64,000 bases of DNA, from the NCBI GenBank assembly GCA_041670805.1, contig JBAXYM010000001.1, forward strand, positions 29,612 through 93,611, in the 5' to 3' direction. The stretch is from Patescibacteria group bacterium. GTDB taxonomy: Bacteria > Patescibacteriota > Minisyncoccia > JAHIHE01 > JAGLIN01. Under the pieces are notes generated by a model, which searched no databases, was not told the origin of the DNA, and worked only from the letters and a program-made list of their open reading frames with translations. How positions within the stretch are numbered: position 1 is the first letter of the stretch; every line of letters begins with the position of its first letter. A program made the translations under genes and the position numbers. Shown here piece after piece: positions 26,999 through 37,650 of this stretch.

Positions 26999-28132
26999 AT
27001 GCCAACACAGAAAAAAATAGCTTTCGTTTATGACGCGATTTTCCCCTATGTTACCGGTGGTGCGGAAAAACGCTTCTTTGAGGTGGGAAAGCGTTTGGCA
27101 GCGGAGGGGTATGACGTGCATCTTTATGGAATGAAATCTTGGGACGGTCCTGACACGATAGCGGAAAGCGGAATGACTTTACACGGAATAATGAAAAAAG
27201 AATCTCTTTACACGGCGGAAGGGAAAAGATCGATCGGAGAAACTCTCCGTTTCGGTTTGGCCGTTTGGCGGTTGCGTAAGGAATCATTCGACGCGATTGA
27301 TTGTTGCAGCTTTCCATATTTTCCGCTTTTTTCTTTGCGATTGGTTACTTGGATAAAAAGAAAACCTCTCTACTGCACTTGGCACGAAGTCTGGGGACGA
27401 GAATATTGGCGTGAATATCTGGGCAAAGCGGGCGTCTTCGGTTATCTGGTGGAGCTTGCGGCGTCCAAAATGCCCGACACCGTCATCTCCGTTTCGGACA
27501 GCACCACGGAAGCGCTTGAAATCGGACTGGGACGGAAAAGCAAAGTCGTTACCATTCCGAACGGCATCGACCTTGAAAAAATTGCGGGGATAAAACCGAG
27601 GGGAGAATCTTCCGACATCATTTTTGCCGGCAGGCTGCTCGCCTACAAGAACGTCGATAAACTGATCGAGGCGCTGGCAATTGTAAAAAAACAATTTCCG
27701 AATATAATCCTCACGATTATCGGCAAAGGACCGGAAGAGGAAAGTTTGAAGCAGCTTGTAAGCGACTTGGGGTTGGAAGCGAATGTTCGTTTTATGGGAT
27801 TTGTCGAAGAAAATAAACTTTTTTCATATATGAAAGCTTCCAAAATGCTGGCGTTGCCGTCAAGCCGCGAAGGCTTTGGCATGGTGGCGTTGGAGGCCAA
27901 AGCTTGCGGCCTGCCGGTATTGACCGTTGATGAACCGCAAAACGCCGCACGCCATCTCGTAAAGAACGGGATTGACGGTGTGATAACGAAAGCCGATCCT
28001 TCCGGCATTGCAAAAGGGATTCTGGATCTTTTGGAAAATGGCGGCGCGGCGGCGAAACAAGATATCGAAAGATACGACTGGCGCAATATAATCGCGGAGA
28101 TTGAAAAAGTATTCAATTTTCAAAAAGAATAA
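26999..28132 (+). CDS. glycosyltransferase family 4
   Basis: 'SSREGFGMVALEAKACGLPVLTVD'. Confidence 0.85.
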   Translation: MPTQKKIAFVYDAIFPYVTGGAEKRFFEVGKRLAAEGYDVHLYGMKSWDGPDTIAESGMTLHGIMKKESLYTAEGKRSIGETLRFGLAVWRLRKESFDAIDCCSFPYFPLFSLRLVTWIKRKPLYCTWHEVWGREYWREYLGKAGVFGYLVELAASKMPDTVISVSDSTTEALEIGLGRKSKVVTIPNGIDLEKIAGIKPRGESSDIIFAGRLLAYKNVDKLIEALAIVKKQFPNIILTIIGKGPEEESLKQLVSDLGLEANVRFMGFVEENKLFSYMKASKMLALPSSREGFGMVALEAKACGLPVLTVDEPQNAARHLVKNGIDGVITKADPSGIAKGILDLLENGGAAAKQDIERYDWRNIIAEIEKVFNFQKE

Positions 28133-28149
28133 ATACTTAAGAAAAATAT

Positions 28150-28947
28150 ATGTCAAAAGTTTTTGTAACAACCAGCTGGGACGACGGACACAAACTGGAT
28201 CTCAAGCTCGTCGAACTCTTGCGAAAATATGATCTGAAAGGAACTCTGTATATTTCGCCGGAAAATCGGGAATTCCAAAAAGAGGATTTGCTGAGCGATT
28301 TTCAAATCAGGAAGCTCTCTCAAGAATTTGAGATTGGCGCGCACACAATGACTCATCCACGACTGGGAAAAATCAGCGCGCAAGAAGCGGACAAAGAAAT
28401 TCGGGAATCAAAAGAATATCTGGAGAAGCTTTTGGAAAAACCGGTGGCAAGTTTTTGCTATCCCGGAGGAAGCTACTCGTTTCTTAATGCCCGGCAAGTC
28501 AGAAAGCACGGATTTGCTCTGGCGCGCACCGTAAATCGTTTCAGCCTGAACGCGGGCGATAATCCGTTTGAGCTGCCCGTCAGCCTTCACACTTACAGCC
28601 ATCGTTCGGACGCGCTCAAGATAATTCGCTTCGCCAAATTTGACCCCGTCAAAACGCTGATTTACTACAAGCATTGGGAAATCCTCGGCATGACAATGTT
28701 TGACAAAATCAAGGAGGAAGGCGGCGTGTTTCATATCTGGGGGCACAGCTGGGAAATCGAGGAGTGCCATTTTTGGGAACGTTTGGAAAAAATTTTTGCG
28801 CACATCAGCGGATACGGCGATGTCGAATATGTAACTAACGGAGAATTATATGAGCGGACAAAAAACAATTTTGATTACAGCCCCGTACTTTCCTCCCGAA
28901 GGCGGGGGCTTGGAGAGGTACGCGCTTCAAGCGGCGCAATTTCTTAA
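28150..28947 (+). CDS. polysaccharide deacetylase (CE4)
   Basis: 'VTTSWDDGHKLD' TxDDG-type motif and 'HTMTHPRL'. Confidence 0.8.
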   Translation: MSKVFVTTSWDDGHKLDLKLVELLRKYDLKGTLYISPENREFQKEDLLSDFQIRKLSQEFEIGAHTMTHPRLGKISAQEADKEIRESKEYLEKLLEKPVASFCYPGGSYSFLNARQVRKHGFALARTVNRFSLNAGDNPFELPVSLHTYSHRSDALKIIRFAKFDPVKTLIYYKHWEILGMTMFDKIKEEGGVFHIWGHSWEIEECHFWERLEKIFAHISGYGDVEYVTNGELYERTKNNFDYSPVLSSRRRGLGEVRASSGAIS

Positions 28948-29989
28948 TCGCGATTACGGATGGCGGGTGGCGGTGATATGCGCGAATGAAAATCCGGGAA
29001 AGGACCGCACGGAAAAGACGGAAGGTCTGACGGTATATCGTCTCGGTCGGGATGCCAAGCTTTCCAATACGCCGTTCGGTTTCGGATGGTCCGGCAAAAT
29101 CAGACGGATTATCGCAGACGAAAAACCGGATGTCATAAACATACATACGCCGGTTCCGGGACTGGGAGATCTGGCTTCTTTCGCGGGAAGAAACATTCCG
29201 CAAGTGATCACATATCATACCGGCAGTATGCGCAAAGGAAATTATTTGGATATATTCATTTTACCGTATGAAAAAGTCGCGCTTAAGTTTATGCTCCGGC
29301 GCGCCAAAGCCGTCGTTTGCTCCTCTGATTTTGTCCGTACGGATTTTCTGAAAAAATATATGAGCAAAAGCGAAACGATCACCCCGGGAGTGGACACGGA
29401 ATTCTTTGCTCCCAATCCCAAGGTTTGCGCTCAGGATCCCACGGTACTTTTTGCGGCGAGTTTGGCAAGAGGACAGGAACATAAAGGGCTAAAAACTTTG
29501 CTCGACGCGATCAAGATCTTGAAGGAAGAATTTTCAAATATTAAACTTATTGTTGCCGGCGACGGAGATCTTAAAAACAAATATGAATCTTACGCGAAAC
29601 AAAACAATTTGAAGGCGAGTGTGGAATTTAGGGGAAAATTGCAAGGACAAGAACTGCCGGAAGCATATCGGAAAGCAAACCTTTTTGCGCTTCCCACGGC
29701 GAGCGACAGTCAGCCGCTGGTGATTTTGGAGGCAATGGCCGCCGGACTGCCAATCGTGAGCACTCGCATCGGCGGAATTCCCAATATGATTGAGGACGGC
29801 GAGGAAGGATTTCTCATCGAGCCTCATAATCCGCAAGTTTTAGCGAACAAGATAGGGGAGTTACTCCGAGATCCGCAGTTGCGAGAAAAGTTTTCCGAAG
29901 CGGCAAGGGAACGGGCGATAAAAGATTTCAGCTGGCAAAAAAGAATGGAAAAATATAATGAAATATTGGAGAAGGCGATTGGGGAATAG
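28850..29989 (+). CDS. glycosyltransferase family 4
   Basis: 'FALPTASDSQPLVILEAMAAGLPIVSTRIGG'. Overlaps the previous CDS by 98 nt in another frame. Confidence 0.85.
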   Translation: MSGQKTILITAPYFPPEGGGLERYALQAAQFLNRDYGWRVAVICANENPGKDRTEKTEGLTVYRLGRDAKLSNTPFGFGWSGKIRRIIADEKPDVINIHTPVPGLGDLASFAGRNIPQVITYHTGSMRKGNYLDIFILPYEKVALKFMLRRAKAVVCSSDFVRTDFLKKYMSKSETITPGVDTEFFAPNPKVCAQDPTVLFAASLARGQEHKGLKTLLDAIKILKEEFSNIKLIVAGDGDLKNKYESYAKQNNLKASVEFRGKLQGQELPEAYRKANLFALPTASDSQPLVILEAMAAGLPIVSTRIGGIPNMIEDGEEGFLIEPHNPQVLANKIGELLRDPQLREKFSEAARERAIKDFSWQKRMEKYNEILEKAIGE

Positions 29990-30130
29990 GAGTGACATCG
30001 GGTTTTATGCCGGATTAACTTCATCCGTTACATAATCATTTTACATTTATCCCCCCCACTCCGACCCTCTCCCGATTAGGAGAGAGAGAAGATCCAAATA
30101 CTTTACAATTAGATAAAATTATTAATTTGT

Positions 30131-32479
30131 ATGAAAATACTTTTCCTGACATCCGGAAGCGTTCGCAGTAATTTCACCTATCGTGCGCTCAGCCTCGCTC
30201 AAGAACTTAAGCGGTTGGGGCACGAAACGGCGATCGTTTGCCCGCGCGCGGACAAATACAACGGATTTAAAGCAGAGAAAATTTATGAATTGGACGGCGT
30301 GAAAGTTTTGCAGCCGTGGCAATTCGCAACCAAAAGAATGGAAATCAATTTGTTCCCATATATTTTTGGCGCGCTCTTTCTCACGCTCAAGGAAAAGCCG
30401 GATATGGTTTATATCTACAAACCGACTCCGATCAGCATCGTGGGTTTGGCGGCAAAATTTTTGAGGAGAACTCCGGTCATTCTGGATATGGATGATTTGG
30501 GAAGCGAAGTGATGAAGATTGAAGGACACCCGAAACGGCAGCAAAAATTGGTGGAATGGTGCGAAAAAGCCGCAGGTAAATATGCCGATCGCATCGTGGT
30601 TGCATCGAGCTATCTTTTTAATAAATATAAAAAAGAATTTCCGCAAAAGCCTGTTCATCTGATGCCCAACGGCATCGACAAGAACTGGTTCGCTCCCGTT
30701 TGCGCTTCCGACAAGAGAAAGCGAATAGTTTATATGGGATCGGTCAACCGTAAAAATATCGTCGAGCCGCTTTTTGACGCCCTCCCCTTGATTATCGAAA
30801 AGCACCCCGATGCCGAACTGCTTTTTATGGGCGACGGAAAATATCTTGATTATTTCAAGGACAAGAGCCGGAACTTGGGCATTGACAAACATATAGTTTT
30901 CACGGGCTGGCTGGAATTGGAAAAGGCGCGAGAGAATCTCAAGGCGGGCGATTTGGGCTACGGTTTTATGCCGGACGACATTACCACCCGGGCCGCCAGC
31001 AATATGAAAACTCCGCAATATATGATAAGGGGAGTTGTGCCTTTTGTCAGCTTTACCGGCGATCTGCCAAAAATGGTAAATGAAGGTGAAGCCGGATATA
31101 TCGCCGAGAGCGAAAAATTGGAAGACATTGCGACGGAAATTCTGCGTGCTTTGGAGGATCCGGAGAGAAAAAGCGTTAAGGCGGAGACGGCGCGCGCTTT
31201 TGCGGCGGAGAATTTCAACTGGGAAAAACTGGCGAAAGATTTTGACAACTGGGCACTTCCCAAAACTGCGGCGAAAACAATTGACAGTAAAAAGATATTT
31301 TTTGTAAGCGCCAACGTTCCCGCCAATGTCGGCGGGCAGGAAATACGCAATCTCTATCTCTTGCGCAGTCTGATAAAAAGCGGCAAGCAAGCGAAATTAT
31401 TCTGCATCGCGGGCGACAAAGACGCTGCGGCCGTAAAAAATTTGCAGACAGAATCGGGTTTGCCGATTGTAAGCGTCAGCCCGGCTCCGAATTCACTCGC
31501 TCTCAAATTGCGCGCGCTGTTCATAAACCGCATGCAGCCTTTTATGGATGAATATCGCTTCAGCGGTTTGGGAAAAAAAATCCGCGCGCAGGTGAAAGCG
31601 GAACTTCCGGCAGTCATCCATCTGGAACAGATCGAGGCTTACTATATTATCCGTCCGCACGTCAAATATCTCAAAAAGAGAGGCGTCAAAATTGTTCTGG
31701 ATGCGCACAACGTGGAGGCGGAGGCTTTCAAAGGCGCGATTGAAACCTTTTCTTTTCGAAAAAAGTTGGCGGGAAAATTCCTGTTGCCAAAATTGCGCAG
31801 ATTGGAAATCGAAGCGGCGAAAAATGCGGATGCCGTCTTTGCTTGCTCACAAACCGATGCGGCGTATTTTAGAAAATATAACCGGAAAGTTTATCTGATC
31901 GCCAACGGAACGGACTGTCGGACTTTCCGACCGACATTTGATAAAAAAGAAACCGCACTCGTCTTCATAGGCGGCACGGCATATGCTCCCAACGCCGACG
32001 CGCTCAAATTTTATCTCAAAGAAATTCATCCTCGCGTGAAAACTTCCATTCCCGACGCGCGACTTTTCGCCATTGGCGCAACCGAAGATTATCTCAAAAA
32101 AAACGGGCTTGAAGATACTTCGGTCAGCGCTCCGGGATTTGTCGATAACATTGGCCCTTATCTCGAAAAGGCTGCCGTCGGTATCTGCCCCGTTCGCCAA
32201 GGTTCAGGCACCCGGCTTAAAGTATTGACTTTTATGGCTTCGGGGCTGGCAGTCGTTTCCACAAGCAAGGGCACGGAAGGCATCAATTACACCGATCAAG
32301 AAAATATCAAAATCGCCGACACAGCTGACGAATTTGCGAAGAATATCATTGATCTTCTTAACAATAAGCCTGCGCGGGAAGCGATGGGAAAGAAAGCGCG
32401 CGACTTGATGATTAAAGAATACGATTGGGATATAATCGGAAAAAATATCGACGCGGCTTATCGGGAAATATTAGTTTGA
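30131..32479 (+). CDS. tandem two-domain GT4 glycosyltransferase (782 aa)
   Basis: Two GT-B/GT4-like halves; the second carries 'GSGTRLKVLTFMASGLAVVSTSKG'. Confidence 0.75.
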   Translation: MKILFLTSGSVRSNFTYRALSLAQELKRLGHETAIVCPRADKYNGFKAEKIYELDGVKVLQPWQFATKRMEINLFPYIFGALFLTLKEKPDMVYIYKPTPISIVGLAAKFLRRTPVILDMDDLGSEVMKIEGHPKRQQKLVEWCEKAAGKYADRIVVASSYLFNKYKKEFPQKPVHLMPNGIDKNWFAPVCASDKRKRIVYMGSVNRKNIVEPLFDALPLIIEKHPDAELLFMGDGKYLDYFKDKSRNLGIDKHIVFTGWLELEKARENLKAGDLGYGFMPDDITTRAASNMKTPQYMIRGVVPFVSFTGDLPKMVNEGEAGYIAESEKLEDIATEILRALEDPERKSVKAETARAFAAENFNWEKLAKDFDNWALPKTAAKTIDSKKIFFVSANVPANVGGQEIRNLYLLRSLIKSGKQAKLFCIAGDKDAAAVKNLQTESGLPIVSVSPAPNSLALKLRALFINRMQPFMDEYRFSGLGKKIRAQVKAELPAVIHLEQIEAYYIIRPHVKYLKKRGVKIVLDAHNVEAEAFKGAIETFSFRKKLAGKFLLPKLRRLEIEAAKNADAVFACSQTDAAYFRKYNRKVYLIANGTDCRTFRPTFDKKETALVFIGGTAYAPNADALKFYLKEIHPRVKTSIPDARLFAIGATEDYLKKNGLEDTSVSAPGFVDNIGPYLEKAAVGICPVRQGSGTRLKVLTFMASGLAVVSTSKGTEGINYTDQENIKIADTADEFAKNIIDLLNNKPAREAMGKKARDLMIKEYDWDIIGKNIDAAYREILV

Positions 32480-32700
32480 TTTATTCAGAACTCACGCGTT
32501 TAGCTTGTCGTTGCCGAGAAGGTGTTCCTGTTAAAAGAAACAATCAATACTTGTCATTTCGAAATGAGGTACTCCGATTGAGAAATCTAGGAATGATACT
32601 ATGCAAATATCATCTTACTGTAAAAATAATACTAACAAAGTCTCGTGCATTTCCCAGATCTCTCAGTCGAGTACTCCTTCGAGATGACAAATTATTGTTT
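32480..32700. repeat. composite repeat: family G + degenerate A-like module + family F
   Basis: The G string 'agaactcacgcgtttagcttgtcgttg...gttaaaagaaacaatcaatacttgtc' and the F string 'gtgcatttcccagatctctcagtcgagtactccttcgagatgacaaa' both recur at 43715-44010. Confidence 0.8.
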
Positions 32701-32755
32701 GAATCATAAAACGCGCATAATCCAAAAAGGGGGAAGCTTCAATTCTATCAAACAT

Positions 32756-35098
32756 ATGGCAAAATCATTCATAAAAAAAATACTTATTTATCTTGCCGGA
32801 TTGATTGTGGTCAATTTTGTCGTGCTAACAAGGAATGATTTTATTTTTCTGGGCACATTTTTTACTTTTGCCTACATAATGTCGGCTCCGGGATTGATTG
32901 TGCTGCCTTTTTTCTCGGAGAAAAAATTGCCGTATGCTTTGGGGTTGGCGTTGGGGGGATCTTTGAGCGCTCTTCTCCTTATGCTTCTGGGGCTTGTCTC
33001 AAATATGCTCTTGCCTTTTTTGGGGAACGGGCGACCGTTGGAAACTTTGCCGCTTCTTGCCGCGCTGGATATATTTATGCTGATAATGCTGATTTTGGCT
33101 TACGCCGCCAAAAAAGATTTTGTGCTGGAAAAACCGGAGCTTCATTTGTCCGACAAATTGATAATTTTTTTCGCTTTTCTTCTTCCCGTTTTGGCGGCAG
33201 CGGGCGCGGTTGTCCTGACCAATGGAGGTACGAATATGATTGCAATGGCAGTCATCGCCCTGATTGCCGTCTTGGCGATGCTTGCAGTCGGCGGCAAGGC
33301 CAAACTTGAAACCTCGTCTTTCGCCGTCCTGCTCTACGGAATAACCGTCGCGATTCTATTGATGACTTCCATGCGCGGCTATTTTCTGACCGGACATGAC
33401 GTGCAATTGGAATATCAAATATTCTCGCTGACCAACCGGCTCAAGCTTTGGGACATAAGCAATTTCGAAGATGCTTACAATGCATGCTTGAGCATAACCA
33501 TTCTGCCCACTTATTTGCAGAGCATTTTGCATGTCCAAGATTTTTATATCTACAAATTTTTCTTCCAGTTTATCAACGGTCTTTTGGCGGTGGTTATTTT
33601 CTATCTGGCGCGCCACTTTTCCACCGACAAAACGGCCTTTCTGTCCGCACTTCTCTATGTCACTTTTCCCACTTTTATCGTTGATATGGCGATGCTCAAC
33701 CGACAGGGGATGGCGCTCCTTTTCTTCGGCGCGCTCTTCTTCGTGTTGCTGACAGACGAATTTTTTGCGGGAAGAAAGCGCAGTTTATTGCTCGTGCTTT
33801 TCGGAACGGGAATGATTCTCTCGCATTATTCCACTTCCTACATCGCCGTTGCCATGCTCGCGGGCGGATATGTTTTGAATATTCTGATGCGCTTTTTCTT
33901 TTCGATAAAGAGAGTGCAAAAAATTTCCTTTCTGGACATTACAGCCGTAAATGCCGAGAGAAGCAGAAGGTCTAATCTGCTGCAACTGCCGGTTGCTGTT
34001 ATTTTAATATGCGTATTGGCGATTTGGACCGGACCGGTGACGAAGACTTCGCAGAATTTAACGCAAACGGCGGGAAAGATTGTTACCAGCCTGGAAAATC
34101 CGTTTCAAAAAGACGAAAACGACACCGGACCTCAAAAGTACGGGCTCAACAATGCAAAACAATTGAGCAAGGATGAACTTTTTAAGCTTTTTATGCAAGA
34201 AGCGGTTGCAACGAGTAGAAAAGACTCCGGTGAGGAAGACTTTTATTCCAAGGAAACAACACAGAAGTACAAAGAATCTCCGATTGATGAGCCTATGCTT
34301 GCGTTAACTCCCGCCGGGAAAAAAATCCAAGAAACACTGGACGCGCCTCTGAAGGGTTTATATAATGAAACCAAACAGTTCTACGCCAAGATAATGCAGA
34401 TTTTTATTTTTCTCGGACTTTTGGGACTGCTACTCGGGCGCAAATTTAACGGACATCTCAAACGGGACGTGCCGATGGAGTTTATCGCTCTTGGCGGCGC
34501 GGGTGTCTTTGTGATGGCGATGCAAATGATTTTGCCGCAAAGCGTAATCGATTACGGACTCCTGCGGCTCTTCCAGCAGAATTTGGTGCTGCTGGCGCTC
34601 CCTGTTACCATGGGATTTTTGGCCGCTTTCGGCATGATCGCGCGCAAGCGAAAGACGCACTTCGTACTTTTTGGCGGATTCTTGATGGCGTTTTTCCTTA
34701 TCCTCTCCGGTTTTATTCCGCAGCTGACCGGCGGCAGCAGACCGATGCTGACGCTCAACAACAGCGGTTTTTACTATGACGCCTATTTCATTCATGGCGG
34801 GGAAATGGATGCATTCCTCTGGCTCAAGGGGCAAGGCATTGACCTGCCCGTACAAAGCGATATGTATTTTTCCAACGTGCGGTTGCTTACTTACAGCGAC
34901 ATTGGAGCTCGCCCCAGAATCTTGCCGGAGACCACTCTCAAAGACAGCATAGTTTATCAGAGCTATACCAACAGCGTAAAAGGAAGCGCGATTGAGTTCA
35001 TTGACGGCGACGTACTATATTACACACTGCCGACAAAATTTTTCGACGACAATAAAAATTTGATCTACAGCAGCGGTCAGTCAAAAGTTTACAAATAA
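32756..35098 (+). CDS. large polytopic membrane protein with C-terminal extracytoplasmic domain (putative GT-C-type glycosyltransferase/polymerase)
   Basis: More than 12 TM helices plus a roughly 250-aa soluble C-terminus. Start placed at ATG 32756, because the track start at 32645 lies inside repeat F. Confidence 0.45.
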   Translation: MAKSFIKKILIYLAGLIVVNFVVLTRNDFIFLGTFFTFAYIMSAPGLIVLPFFSEKKLPYALGLALGGSLSALLLMLLGLVSNMLLPFLGNGRPLETLPLLAALDIFMLIMLILAYAAKKDFVLEKPELHLSDKLIIFFAFLLPVLAAAGAVVLTNGGTNMIAMAVIALIAVLAMLAVGGKAKLETSSFAVLLYGITVAILLMTSMRGYFLTGHDVQLEYQIFSLTNRLKLWDISNFEDAYNACLSITILPTYLQSILHVQDFYIYKFFFQFINGLLAVVIFYLARHFSTDKTAFLSALLYVTFPTFIVDMAMLNRQGMALLFFGALFFVLLTDEFFAGRKRSLLLVLFGTGMILSHYSTSYIAVAMLAGGYVLNILMRFFFSIKRVQKISFLDITAVNAERSRRSNLLQLPVAVILICVLAIWTGPVTKTSQNLTQTAGKIVTSLENPFQKDENDTGPQKYGLNNAKQLSKDELFKLFMQEAVATSRKDSGEEDFYSKETTQKYKESPIDEPMLALTPAGKKIQETLDAPLKGLYNETKQFYAKIMQIFIFLGLLGLLLGRKFNGHLKRDVPMEFIALGGAGVFVMAMQMILPQSVIDYGLLRLFQQNLVLLALPVTMGFLAAFGMIARKRKTHFVLFGGFLMAFFLILSGFIPQLTGGSRPMLTLNNSGFYYDAYFIHGGEMDAFLWLKGQGIDLPVQSDMYFSNVRLLTYSDIGARPRILPETTLKDSIVYQSYTNSVKGSAIEFIDGDVLYYTLPTKFFDDNKNLIYSSGQSKVYK

Positions 35099-35176
35099 AA
35101 AGACGGCAGAGATAAAAATGTGGTAAAATAAATAATATCGGAGTACGTCGTTGATAACACTAATTCAAAAAACCGA

Positions 35177-36358
35177 ATGAAAATATTGATGCTCAACAAT
35201 TTGGCGACAACGCATGGCGGCGCGGAGGCGATGATCGCTCAGCTTCGGCGTGGACTGGAAAAGGAAGGGCATCAAGTTCGCATCCTTTGCGGCAGCCGGC
35301 AAGGCAACGGCAAAAAAATTGCGGATGCCACATTTTTGGTTCCAAAAGAGGGGAGCTTGGCTTTGCAGCTTATGCATCTTTTTAATCCCTTCGCTTTTCT
35401 GGCACTACGAAAAGAACTGCGGGATTTCCGACCCGACGTGGTGCATTTGCATACCGTTTCCAAATCCTCGCCTTTTATTCTCTTGCCGCTTAAGAAATTT
35501 CCTACAGTCCTGACTATGCACGACCAAAGTTTGTTCGACCCGACCCGCGTTTCCGACTTGCCGCTAATCGAACCGTATCGCGAAACTTTTGCCGATTATT
35601 TTATCGATAAGCCTTCTGCGCGTTTTTATGCGGAGAAGCTGCGTTTCTTTATTCTGCGCCGCTTGGCCAAAAACGTCGATACCGTACTGGCATGCAGTGA
35701 TTTTTACGCGGATTGCGCCCGCAACTCCGGCATTTTTTCAAACATCAAAACATTGCACAACGGAACGGTTCTTCTGCCCCCGTCTCGCATAGAAAACTCC
35801 AAAGTCATTCTTTTTGTCGGAAGGCTCAGCGAAGAAAAGGGAGTACCCGTTTTGCTTGAGGCTGTGGCGTTACTGAAAAAGAAGCACCCCGACATGCAAC
35901 TTCATATCGTCGGCGACGGACAACAGGTGGAGGAACTGAAAAAAGAAACAGTACGATTGCAAATGGAAAACATCGTCCGGTTCTTGGGGCATAAATCCTC
36001 CCAGGAGATAGCCGAACTTTATAAACAATCGTCTCTGGTGGCGGTGCCGTCACTTTGTCCCGACAACTTGCCGACGGTCTGTATGGAAGCGATGTCAGTC
36101 GGCAGGCCGATAGTCGCAAGCAGGATAGGCGGAGTGCCCGAACTCGTAGACAATGAGAAAACGGGATTCTTGGTTCCTCCCAACGATGTCGGCGCACTGT
36201 CCGGCGGCATCGACCGGCTTTTGTCCGATCCTGGGCTTATGCAAAACATGGGAGAGGCGGGAAGAGAAAAAGCGGAGAAAGAATTTGACGAAAAAATATA
36301 TGTGAAAAATACGCTTGCGCAATATAATCTTTTAATCAATAAATATCAAAACGTATGA
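35177..36358 (+). CDS. glycosyltransferase family 4
   Basis: 'CMEAMSVGRPIVASRIGGVPELV'. Confidence 0.85.
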   Translation: MKILMLNNLATTHGGAEAMIAQLRRGLEKEGHQVRILCGSRQGNGKKIADATFLVPKEGSLALQLMHLFNPFAFLALRKELRDFRPDVVHLHTVSKSSPFILLPLKKFPTVLTMHDQSLFDPTRVSDLPLIEPYRETFADYFIDKPSARFYAEKLRFFILRRLAKNVDTVLACSDFYADCARNSGIFSNIKTLHNGTVLLPPSRIENSKVILFVGRLSEEKGVPVLLEAVALLKKKHPDMQLHIVGDGQQVEELKKETVRLQMENIVRFLGHKSSQEIAELYKQSSLVAVPSLCPDNLPTVCMEAMSVGRPIVASRIGGVPELVDNEKTGFLVPPNDVGALSGGIDRLLSDPGLMQNMGEAGREKAEKEFDEKIYVKNTLAQYNLLINKYQNV

Positions 36359-37650
36359 AAATAGTGATTGCCAATGCTTATGCCAAAGGGAGCGGGGGGG
36401 ACATGGCCATACTGGCGGTTCTCATCGCGGAGCTTCGCCGCGTGTTCGACAATCCTGACATAACAGTCGCCACTATCGACAAAAATTCCAATATGGAACC
36501 GCTTTTTCCGGACGTGCGTTTCGTGTCTTCTTTGATTACGACCATTTGGGACGAAGATTCCCCCAACCGCATCGCCAAATTATATTCTCTGATTAAAAAT
36601 GGATTCTCGACGATCTTATGGGGCTTGTGCTACAAATACGGTAAAAAACGTCCCGATTGGTTGTTGCAAAATTCCGAAAAGGAAACGATGAATAGAATGG
36701 CCGACGCAGACCTCGTCGTGGGCGTGGGAGGCGGATACATCCGGGAGATTCCGGGATTTTTGAGGATTATGGATCTTTGCCTCACACTGAGAATGCTTTA
36801 TTTGAGCCAAATGATGGGCAAACTGACCGTGCTTCATTCCCAGTCGATAGGTCCTTTCGGCAATAAATATCAAGAAAAATTGGCAGGCTACGTGCTGCGC
36901 CGCATGCAATTTATTGTCACCCGCGAATCTATCAGCCTGAAACTCTTGGAAAAAATGGGTGTCAAAAAAGAGTTGACAATGGATTCCGTGGATGCCGCTT
37001 TTTTGGTGCGCAAACAAAATCTTGCGCCAAACCCTCTGCCTGAAGAATTTACATCGATTGAGAGAAATCATTCCGGTCCGCTGATCGGAGTTACCGTCCG
37101 CAACTGGCTTAGCGAAAAAGCTCAGAAACGATACGAAGAAGAAATGGCAACCGCGCTTGATCGTATCGCTGAAAAGTATGATGCGCGTATCGTATTCATT
37201 CCGCAAACGACCGTTGAAAGAAATGAAGACGATGATCGTGTCGTACAGAAAAGAATCTTCGAAAAGATGCGACAAAAAAATCGCGCCGTATGTTTGGATG
37301 GCTCCTATGATTATCAAACGCTGCTGAGCATCTATGCAAACTTGGATTTTCTCATAGGCACCAGATTCCATTCCGTCATTTTCTCTCTGACCGCCGAGAT
37401 ACCGACGCTGGTAATCGCTTACGAACATAAGGCGGATGGAATTATGAAAGATCTCGGGCTTGATGAGTGGGTGATAAAAATGGAGAACGTCGACAGCCCG
37501 TCCATTGCCGACGCTTTTACCAAACTGTATGAAGAAAAAGACGCGTACTGCGAACACCTGAAAAAGGCTCTTCCCGGCTATATCGCCAGAGCCGAAAAAT
37601 CCGTAGAAAGAATAAAAGAGGTCTACCTATCCCACGAACGCCCTCTTTAA
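36355..37650 (+). CDS. polysaccharide pyruvyl transferase family protein (CsaB/WcaK-like)
   Basis: 'LIGTRFHSVIFSLTAEIPTLVIAYEHK'. ATGA overlap with the upstream GT4 gene. Confidence 0.65.
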   Translation: MKIVIANAYAKGSGGDMAILAVLIAELRRVFDNPDITVATIDKNSNMEPLFPDVRFVSSLITTIWDEDSPNRIAKLYSLIKNGFSTILWGLCYKYGKKRPDWLLQNSEKETMNRMADADLVVGVGGGYIREIPGFLRIMDLCLTLRMLYLSQMMGKLTVLHSQSIGPFGNKYQEKLAGYVLRRMQFIVTRESISLKLLEKMGVKKELTMDSVDAAFLVRKQNLAPNPLPEEFTSIERNHSGPLIGVTVRNWLSEKAQKRYEEEMATALDRIAEKYDARIVFIPQTTVERNEDDDRVVQKRIFEKMRQKNRAVCLDGSYDYQTLLSIYANLDFLIGTRFHSVIFSLTAEIPTLVIAYEHKADGIMKDLGLDEWVIKMENVDSPSIADAFTKLYEEKDAYCEHLKKALPGYIARAEKSVERIKEVYLSHERPL

